Below the pieces are notes generated by a model. The model worked only from the letters and a program-made list of their open reading frames with translations. It did no database searches and was not told the DNA's origin. From IMG/VR virus record IMGVR_UViG_3300012231_000025, positions 1-38,690 of that record: DNA of 38,690 bases; one strand, 5' to 3'. This stretch comes from a virus. Lineage: Duplodnaviria > Caudoviricetes. This document shows positions 32,892 to 38,690 of this stretch, piece by piece; positions within the stretch are counted from its first letter, which is position 1; every line of letters starts with the position of its first letter. The position numbers and the translations under genes were made by a program.

Positions 32892-34841
32892 TTAAATCCA
32901 CGACACGTGCAGTTTCGGCTGCAACGTCGGGTCGCTGGTGAAGTCCTTCGAATGGAAGGACACAAACTTCACGCCCGCGCCTTCGGTGGTGATTTTCAGG
33001 AGCATGTGCAACTGCCTTCCCCTATTGTTCAGCGCGTCCTGAGCAAGCCCGGCCAAGCCGGGCAGCGATGTAAAGCCATTTGGACCGAGCACCCAGTTTA
33101 CATCGACCGGGTCGGTCTCCGTGTAGTCGCCGCCCGGCAAGGTCCAGGGCAACCCCGTATCGTAGATGTTCCAGGTGCAAATCAGTTCCACCCAGTTGGG
33201 TTGCGTGAGGCGGTGAACCTTGGCGGCGACGGAGTTGGACAAGCCAAACTCGTGCAGAACCAGGTGGCACTCTACGATCGTCGCACCCGGTGGAATGTCA
33301 GCCGGCAGGCTGTAATGCAGCAGCGCCCGGTTGCTGTTCAGGACGCCCGAATTGTTGCCGACCCTCATCGACCCCTCGCCCCCCGCATTGATGTCGTCTA
33401 ACGGGTTGGCACTCTCCAGTACGGTGTCTTTTACAGCCCCGAGGATGATGCTGTTGGGGATCGGCGTAGCCACGCCGCGAATAGCGATGAGGTGGGCGGC
33501 GATGCGCTTCCCGGTGCCTACCGGCTCCGACTCCGCGAACTGCGAGCGGTATTCCTTCCCGTCCAACAGGAAGATGCCCGGCGTCCGCTGGCGGATGTGG
33601 GCGGTCTCAATGGTCGAGAGTTGCGACCCGACCACGGGCTCGGCGTCGGTTTCGTTGAAGACCCGCGCGTAGATCGTCCCAGTGCTCGCCCGCATGTAAG
33701 TCTCGAATACAAAGAAGGTCCCGAACCAGTTGTCCTCCGTGTACAGGAACGGACGCCCGTAGGAGGTCCATATCCCGATCGGAGAGCGCACCGAATCAAG
33801 GGGGATGTCGTTGGGAATACAGGGGAAGACGTAGCCAAGTTCATCATCCAACAGCGGAGATTGCTGAACGGCCGGGACCGACGCCGGAATGAAGGCGTCG
33901 TAGCCCGCGAAGATCGGATCGTCGATCACGTCCGGCGGGAAGAAGTCCAACACCGCCGGGTCGATCGCGGCCCACGCCACGACCGCAACCGCCTGGAAAC
34001 TCCACCCGGCGACTTCCTCGATGATCGCTGGACAGATGAAATCCAAGGGGTCGAGGACGTTCCCATCAAACGTCACGAAGGTGGCGGGCAGCGCCGCAAA
34101 CGGCGGCGGGGCTTCCTCGATCAGCGACCACGGCACAAAGGCTAATGGATCGAGAATGTTCCCAACGAACGTGACGAACGTGGCGGGCAATGACGCCAAC
34201 GGCGGGGGCGGCTCTTCGATGGCCGCCCAGGGAACGAACGCCGGCGGATCAAGCACGTTGCCGGGGAACGTAACGAACGTGGGCGGCAGAGCCGCAAACG
34301 GCGGCGGAGGCTCCTCTATCAAGGGGAACGGCACAAACGCCGGCGGGTCAAGGATGTTGCCCGGGAAAGTCACGAACGTGGACGGCAGAGCCGCGAACGG
34401 CGGCGGGGGTTCTTCAATCACGACCGGCGGAACGAACTCCAGAACCGGCAACTCGAAACTCGCACCCGCCACCACGGCCGCCGGGGTGAAAGTCCATCCC
34501 GATAATTCCTCGATCATTGCCGGGGGCACGAACGTGGGCGGGTCGAGGACGTTCCCGGGGAAGGTGACGAACGCAGACGGCAGCGCTACGAACGGGGGCG
34601 GTGCCTCTTCGATCAAGGTCCAGGGTACGAAAGCTGGGGGATCAAGGATGTCGCCAGGGAACGTGACGAACGTGGACGGCAGAGCGACAGCGGGAACCGG
34701 CAGCTCGTCAATGACGAGCGGAGGTACGAACGCCTCCAGAACGTCGGGGAGCACGCCCGCCCCGGTGGGGGGAGCGGCGGCGGGGGTTGCGAAATACGCG
34801 AAGTCGCTCTGGTAGATGAAGACGTAGGAGCAGCCGTACAA
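32892..34841 (-). CDS. Repeat-stalk protein with C-terminal DNRLRE/CBM96-like domain (649 aa), candidate fibre/adhesin
   Basis: TTG start with AGGAGG; 33-aa Pro/Phe repeats; C-terminal KDTVL...RALLHY.L...IPPGATI..C.L.L...W.E...TWN...W..PGGD...FHSKD...PKL.V. Confidence 0.75.
   Translation of the reverse strand: MYGCSYVFIYQSDFAYFATPAAAPPTGAGVLPDVLEAFVPPLVIDELPVPAVALPSTFVTFPGDILDPPAFVPWTLIEEAPPPFVALPSAFVTFPGNVLDPPTFVPPAMIEELSGWTFTPAAVVAGASFELPVLEFVPPVVIEEPPPPFAALPSTFVTFPGNILDPPAFVPFPLIEEPPPPFAALPPTFVTFPGNVLDPPAFVPWAAIEEPPPPLASLPATFVTFVGNILDPLAFVPWSLIEEAPPPFAALPATFVTFDGNVLDPLDFICPAIIEEVAGWSFQAVAVVAWAAIDPAVLDFFPPDVIDDPIFAGYDAFIPASVPAVQQSPLLDDELGYVFPCIPNDIPLDSVRSPIGIWTSYGRPFLYTEDNWFGTFFVFETYMRASTGTIYARVFNETDAEPVVGSQLSTIETAHIRQRTPGIFLLDGKEYRSQFAESEPVGTGKRIAAHLIAIRGVATPIPNSIILGAVKDTVLESANPLDDINAGGEGSMRVGNNSGVLNSNRALLHYSLPADIPPGATIVECHLVLHEFGLSNSVAAKVHRLTQPNWVELICTWNIYDTGLPWTLPGGDYTETDPVDVNWVLGPNGFTSLPGLAGLAQDALNNRGRQLHMLLKITTEGAGVKFVSFHSKDFTSDPTLQPKLHVSWI
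33919..34730 (-). repeat. About 8 tandem 96-99-nt (32-33 aa) coding repeats
   Basis: Consensus FVP...IEE.PPPFAALP.TFVTFPGN.LDPPA; unit starts at 34730 and 34631 are 99 nt apart; two variant units contain GW[TS]F. Confidence 0.9.
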
Positions 34842-34852
34842 GGGTCAGCCTC

Positions 34853-35122
34853 CTACGGGAGTATCAGGCGCCCGTGCTTCTCCGCGTCGTCGAGCCGCTT
34901 TTCCAGGGGATAACACATGACCGTGCACAGCTCCTTCTCGCAACAGAGCGGGCCGTTGCACTTGCTGCACCAGCCGCGCAGACGACCCGAGCCGCGAACC
35001 ACCATCCAGTGCATCCCGCAATGGCAGCATTGCAGGGTGTCGGCTTCGATAACCCGCCCCGAGGACGTAGCGGTGATGATGACGCCCGCGGGCTTGTTGG
35101 CCGTCGCGGTCTTTTGGAGCAT
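34853..35122 (-). CDS. Cys-rich Zn-binding protein (89 aa)
   Basis: CCHCG..W...CSKCNGPLCC...C...CYP.EK. Confidence 0.7.
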   Translation of the reverse strand: MLQKTATANKPAGVIITATSSGRVIEADTLQCCHCGMHWMVVRGSGRLRGWCSKCNGPLCCEKELCTVMCYPLEKRLDDAEKHGRLILP

Positions 35123-35128
35123 GGCCCC

Positions 35129-35596
35129 TTATTCCATCCAGGCCAACGCCGCCAGGGCCGCGAACGCTGTCCCGGCAATGGAAACGGTGGTCAGGCAGAG
35201 GCCGTCGCCGGCGGCGGGACTGCTGATGATTTCCCGCCCGGGATACGCCAACCATCGCCAGGGAATTTCATGCCGGAGCCCGATCCGCAATAGGTTGGTA
35301 CCCGCCGCGTTGGTGGGGTCCGTCGTGTGCGGCCCCCCCGTGCCGATCACCGTCGCCGCCGGACCCGGCGGATTGGTGTTGATCTCGTCGAGGGCCGTCC
35401 CGCCTGTTCCGGCATCGGTCGACTGCCGCAGGGCAATCTCCGCTCCGTCAGCGCCGGGCGTCGCGGCCGTGGCCGACGATAAGTTGATCTCGTGCAGGTG
35501 GACACGGGCGATGGTGCCGCCCTGCAAGTTGGCGAGCACCGCAGCATTGCCCGCCACGCTGAGCGTCTGGGTGTGGGTCGTTCTGAAATTAGCCAT
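35129..35596 (-). CDS. Putative virion beta-sandwich protein (155 aa), paralogue of 15061-15516
   Basis: LRQSTDAGT, T.DPT, WRW.AYPG.EII, ends WME; AAAGGAG RBS. Confidence 0.6.
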   Translation of the reverse strand: MANFRTTHTQTLSVAGNAAVLANLQGGTIARVHLHEINLSSATAATPGADGAEIALRQSTDAGTGGTALDEINTNPPGPAATVIGTGGPHTTDPTNAAGTNLLRIGLRHEIPWRWLAYPGREIISSPAAGDGLCLTTVSIAGTAFAALAALAWME

Positions 35597-35646
35597 TTAC
35601 TCTCTCCTTTGTTTCGGCCGTCACAACGGACGGCGCTGTTCTAAAC

Positions 35647-36915
35647 CTAATACGCCGCCACTAGCGGCGGGTGAACTTCAAGCTCCTGATGGTGGGCCAG
35701 GAAATAGCTACCCAGAGTGTACCTGGTACCCAGAATTCCGTGCGTATGTAGGACCACATCCCCCACAGCATCCGTGTTCGTCCACTGATAGGCAATGGCA
35801 TCTCCGGGGTTGACGATCTCGACATGGCTCTCGTCTAATTTCAGTCCCGTTTGTCCGACGGAGTAGCTCAGGGAAAGCGACGTAGCCGCCGTGTTCCGAC
35901 GAAACACAAGGGTTGCGCTCCCTGTAGTCATCGTGTTGACCGACACCAAGGCGATTAACAACTTCACCCCGAAGATGAATCGTGGGACTCCCGCAATGAA
36001 TGCTTCCCCGTTATACGAAAGCGGCCCGGCGACCGGGTACTCCAGAGTAAACGCCGGGCCGGTCGGATTACCCCCGTTCCAAAAACAAGCCATCAGCGGA
36101 AATTCGAGGTTGGAGGTTGTACAGGTCGTGCAGACCGTATCAATAAAAATAGCCGTCCCACCGCCAATTTCAGCCACATAGTTGAAGTCATCGCCGACGG
36201 CTAAACTATCGCTCCCACTCGTGTCCTCCATCTGCCCCGTCTGGGCCGCCGTAAAGGTAACAGTTTGTCCGCCGTCGGCCCCGTTTTTGCGCGTCTTAAT
36301 GACGGTACTCGTGCTCAGCGTGTTGGCGCTGACGTTCACAAATAAATCGGTTGAAGTGAACGCCATCCGGCAGGGGTATTTTTGGTATGTCTCCGTACTG
36401 GCGAAGAATTGGGGGCCGCCGTTGATCGGACTGTAACGGGTGACGACGGGCACATCGTTGCTGGAGATTCCACCCCCGTTCACCAAGGGCACGATCGTCT
36501 TGCTGGTGTCGTCAGCCGTAAACTGAACCGACGCGGCTGTAACTATGATACTCTTGTTGCCAGCAGCCGAGGGGGCGATTGACTGAAAATTAACCTCATC
36601 CGTTGCCGCGATTGTCGCACTGTTGGTCGTGTCCTCAAAAGCTCCGGTGAGGCCCGGCCCGATACTCACACTAAGGGCACCAGGGCTACCCGTTGCGGCA
36701 CGGTTCTTTCGCACAGCGAATGTACATGTTTGGGATACAAAATTATTGCTTATGACGTACACGTACAGATTGCTTATGACCCCGGCGTCCCGGAACGGGG
36801 CCTCGGCGTTGGCTTCCGTGGCGTTGGCGGCCAACTGCCCACTCAATGAGTGATACCGCGTAAAGGAATCGGGGAGAGTGAGTTGCCCCGCATTGAGTAG
36901 AAACGCTGTACCCAT
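35647..36915 (-). CDS. Putative receptor-binding/fibre protein with three tandem beta-sandwich domains (422 aa)
   Basis: Three copies of L.V.V..N......[TVF]R[KR]N......[SV]...[GA].TG...D........[GT]D; visibly lower GC than the core genes. Confidence 0.6.
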   Translation of the reverse strand: MGTAFLLNAGQLTLPDSFTRYHSLSGQLAANATEANAEAPFRDAGVISNLYVYVISNNFVSQTCTFAVRKNRAATGSPGALSVSIGPGLTGAFEDTTNSATIAATDEVNFQSIAPSAAGNKSIIVTAASVQFTADDTSKTIVPLVNGGGISSNDVPVVTRYSPINGGPQFFASTETYQKYPCRMAFTSTDLFVNVSANTLSTSTVIKTRKNGADGGQTVTFTAAQTGQMEDTSGSDSLAVGDDFNYVAEIGGGTAIFIDTVCTTCTTSNLEFPLMACFWNGGNPTGPAFTLEYPVAGPLSYNGEAFIAGVPRFIFGVKLLIALVSVNTMTTGSATLVFRRNTAATSLSLSYSVGQTGLKLDESHVEIVNPGDAIAYQWTNTDAVGDVVLHTHGILGTRYTLGSYFLAHHQELEVHPPLVAAY

Positions 36916-36918
36916 GGA

Positions 36919-37341
36919 TTAGGACATCACAACTTTACCTTGCCCAAACTGAGCTTCACAACTCGAATGAAAGTTGGCTTTCTTCAGGGGCGTCATGCTC
37001 GCCCCTGGGATCCCCACGTTCAACACGCGGCCTTTCCCTTCCCCGGTGAACGACCAGACGTACTCTGCGCCCGCCTTGAACTCCGGGGATCCCTTGGCGT
37101 TCGCTTCCGCAAGGCCGAGGTTCAGCTCTGGGGCGTGGACCCCCAACAACATCGCATGAACGAGGTTCTTACGCTTGTTCTCCCCGTCGGGGTTCGCGTA
37201 CAGCACGCCGTACAGCTCCGCGTCGGCTACAGACGCATGCGCTGGACATTTAGTCAGCACCTGCCCGCCGCCGACGAGCGTGTTCCCATCGTAGATTTCC
37301 TCAACACAACACCCGCAAGTATCCGGTTTCCAGGTTTTCAT
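36919..37341 (-). CDS. Hypothetical phage protein (140 aa), TWxPDTCxC...CPAH...ENKRKN
   Basis: Cys/His motif suggests metal binding; AGGA RBS; lies in the fibre module. Confidence 0.6.
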   Translation of the reverse strand: MKTWKPDTCGCCVEEIYDGNTLVGGGQVLTKCPAHASVADAELYGVLYANPDGENKRKNLVHAMLLGVHAPELNLGLAEANAKGSPEFKAGAEYVWSFTGEGKGRVLNVGIPGASMTPLKKANFHSSCEAQFGQGKVVMS

Positions 37342-37350
37342 GCGTTCATC

Positions 37351-37590
37351 CTACGCCACGTCTTCTTCCGTGGATAGGGCGAAAAACGGGATATGGTACT
37401 CGCCCACTAGGCCGGGAACGCCGTCTGCCCCGTCTGCACCATCGGCACCGTCTGCACCATCGGCACCCGCCGCGCCGCCGCCTACCCCGACGCCTACCGT
37501 TGCCCTAAGACCATCCAGACGGCGCCACAGCTCGCGCAGCTCGTACTCCATCGCCGTGTTCTGCCGGTGGTCTGTGTATCGCAGGGGCAT
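37351..37590 (-). CDS. Short collagen-like protein (79 aa)
   Basis: N-terminal amphipathic helix, (GAD)5 collagen triplets at about 37423-37467, C-terminal IPFFAL. Confidence 0.65.
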   Translation of the reverse strand: MPLRYTDHRQNTAMEYELRELWRRLDGLRATVGVGVGGGAAGADGADGADGADGADGVPGLVGEYHIPFFALSTEEDVA

Positions 37591-37593
37591 GGG

Positions 37594-37809
37594 TTATTTC
37601 GTCCTCGGGTGTCCGGGCGGGATCCTCTGGCGGTAGGCCGGGCGGTCCCCCACGGCCAGGTCAACCGCTCCGCCCTCGACGACACCCGCTCTGCTAAGAC
37701 AGTCTACCACATAGCACCGAAAACTCTCGTCGTCGAGGTCCAACACGTCGATGTCACCGAAGCTACCGTCGGTGCGAATCCCACGAACAGCGACCATCCC
37801 TCTCTGCAT
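37594..37809 (-). CDS. Hypothetical protein (71 aa)
   Basis: First ORF of the fibre module; tight spacing with the next gene. Confidence 0.55.
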   Translation of the reverse strand: MQRGMVAVRGIRTDGSFGDIDVLDLDDESFRCYVVDCLSRAGVVEGGAVDLAVGDRPAYRQRIPPGHPRTK

Positions 37810-37810
37810 G

Positions 37811-38105
37811 GTTGTTATCTTTCTAAGTTAATAACAACAATAAGCCCTGTGATATCCGTGCGATTCGCTACCCACGTCTTACCCACCCACAAGGGCAAGC
37901 GGTCCGCCAACCATGAAGTACATGCCCTAGTGGTGTGGCGCTCTGTAACATTTCACACCCCATGTGATTTGTTCTGTAAAATCTGACCCACAATTCACAG
38001 GAAAGCCCCTTTAGCGTCCAACCCTGTCAGATTCAGCCAAGATATCACAGAAGATATCACAGGCAAAGCACGGGAAACGAGCACATTTCACAGGAAAAGC
38101 ACAGG
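37811..38105. repeat. AT-richer non-coding region with TCACAG(G) iteron-like repeats and an 8-bp inverted repeat
   Basis: GATATCACAG at 38041 and 38053 and inverted near 37847-37856; TTCACAGGAAA at 37994 and 38087; GTTGTTAT-N12-ATAACAAC at 37811-37838. Confidence 0.65.
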
Positions 38106-38486
38106 TCATGGGTGCTCGCTGTTCCGTCGCAGGCGGAGTATTTGTTGCCGGTGGAGTAACCAGTCCTCGAAACTGTTTGACGCCGTCTGGGTAAGGACGA
38201 TCACAGTCAAGAGGATCACCATGCCCATGGGAAGCACAGACTGGTAGTTGACGCCGGTGATGGGCCCCGTGTTCAGGTTCACGGCGGCCTCGATTTCAGC
38301 CTTCACGATCGCCGAAACCATCGCCTGCACATCTTCGCTGCTTACCGAAGTCGGCTCTGTGCTTGGCGCACTTGCGGGCGTCGGGCGGGTATCCGTTCGC
38401 TTCACCATGCCGGCGCACCCCGCGACGCCGAGTAGCAGGCCCGCGAGCAGGCCCGAAACAAAAGCAGCGGCGGTACGATCTTTCAC
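38106..38486 (-). CDS. Lipoprotein with C-terminal TM segment (126 aa), candidate unimolecular spanin
   Basis: GTG start coupled to the upstream TGA; signal MKDRTAAAFVSGLLAGLLLGVAG-C (lipobox); second hydrophobic helix VLPMGMVILLTVIVLT. Confidence 0.5.
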   Translation of the reverse strand: MKDRTAAAFVSGLLAGLLLGVAGCAGMVKRTDTRPTPASAPSTEPTSVSSEDVQAMVSAIVKAEIEAAVNLNTGPITGVNYQSVLPMGMVILLTVIVLTQTASNSFEDWLLHRQQILRLRRNSEHP

Positions 38487-38656
38487 GGAAACACCCGATT
38501 CCAAATCTGATTGAGCTTGTCGGATTGCTTGCCTGTCAACTCGACGGCTCGGTTGCTGTCGAGAGATTCAAGAAAGTCCTGCTCCCATTCGGACATCTTG
38601 TCGCTGTCGTCGTTAAGAAGCTCGTTGAGAAGTTTCTGCTCGTCGTTAGTCATCAT
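38483..38656 (-). CDS. Small acidic helical phage protein (57 aa)
   Basis: Below the ORF-track cut-off: MMTNDEQKLLNELLNDDSDKMSEWEQDFLESLDSNRAVELTGKQSDKLNQIWNRVFP; stop overlaps the next GTG. Confidence 0.7.
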   Translation of the reverse strand: MMTNDEQKLLNELLNDDSDKMSEWEQDFLESLDSNRAVELTGKQSDKLNQIWNRVFP

Positions 38657-38690
38657 GCTTGCCCGGCTTATGGCTGTTGCCCGGCGGGTC

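Larger units (their letters stand above)
1..38690 (-). mobile_element. Tailed phage/prophage segment (podovirus-type morphogenesis module plus accessory genes)
   Basis: Co-oriented terminase, portal, scaffold, capsid, adaptor, nozzle and ejection gene order; no tape-measure or sheath gene; many ATGA/GTGA overlaps. No att site or integrase seen, so free phage versus prophage is unresolved. Confidence 0.93.

Noticed and set aside
34021-34815. 264-aa plus-strand ORF with G/N/T/S-rich repeats resembling an ice-binding or adhesin protein
   Set aside because: It is the antisense shadow of the 33-aa repeat; the minus-strand frame has the RBS, operon context and a recognisable C-terminal domain.
32892-36915. 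Diversity-generating retroelement targeting the fibre genes
   Set aside because: No reverse transcriptase and no template/variable repeat pair differing at adenines seen in the window.
37846-38105. TCACAG repeats as a CRISPR array or CRP sites
   Set aside because: Repeats are too short and irregularly spaced for CRISPR, and no TGTGA-N6-TCACA pair is present.

Overview
The window is a contiguous piece of a GC-rich tailed phage or prophage of podovirus type, with almost all genes on the minus strand. Read in the coding direction (right to left), it contains: a small ORF and a possible unimolecular spanin; an AT-richer repeat-bearing spacer; a detached fibre/receptor-binding module (collagen-like stub, a triple beta-sandwich protein, a 33-aa-repeat/DNRLRE protein); a few early-type genes with clear sigma70-like promoters; and a face-to-face promoter junction. 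The morphogenesis operon follows: putative TerS, TerL, portal, scaffold, major capsid, adaptor, nozzle and ejection proteins. It ends in a 3702-aa polyvalent protein carrying a DarB-like N6-adenine methyltransferase plus an SNF2-type helicase. A truncated secreted beta-helix gene lies at the left edge. The most unusual observations are: (1) a TnpV-like gene overprinted out of frame inside the giant gene, with its own extended -10 promoter; (2) a TerL nuclease domain whose normally C-terminal catalytic segment has moved inside the domain; (3) a parS-like site inside the giant gene; (4) a pseudoknot-capable leader on the capsid mRNA; (5) face-to-face promoters followed by a G-quadruplex. I saw no tRNA, rRNA, CRISPR array, integrase or endolysin. 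All family assignments come from motif recognition by eye, not database searches, and the host cannot be determined.
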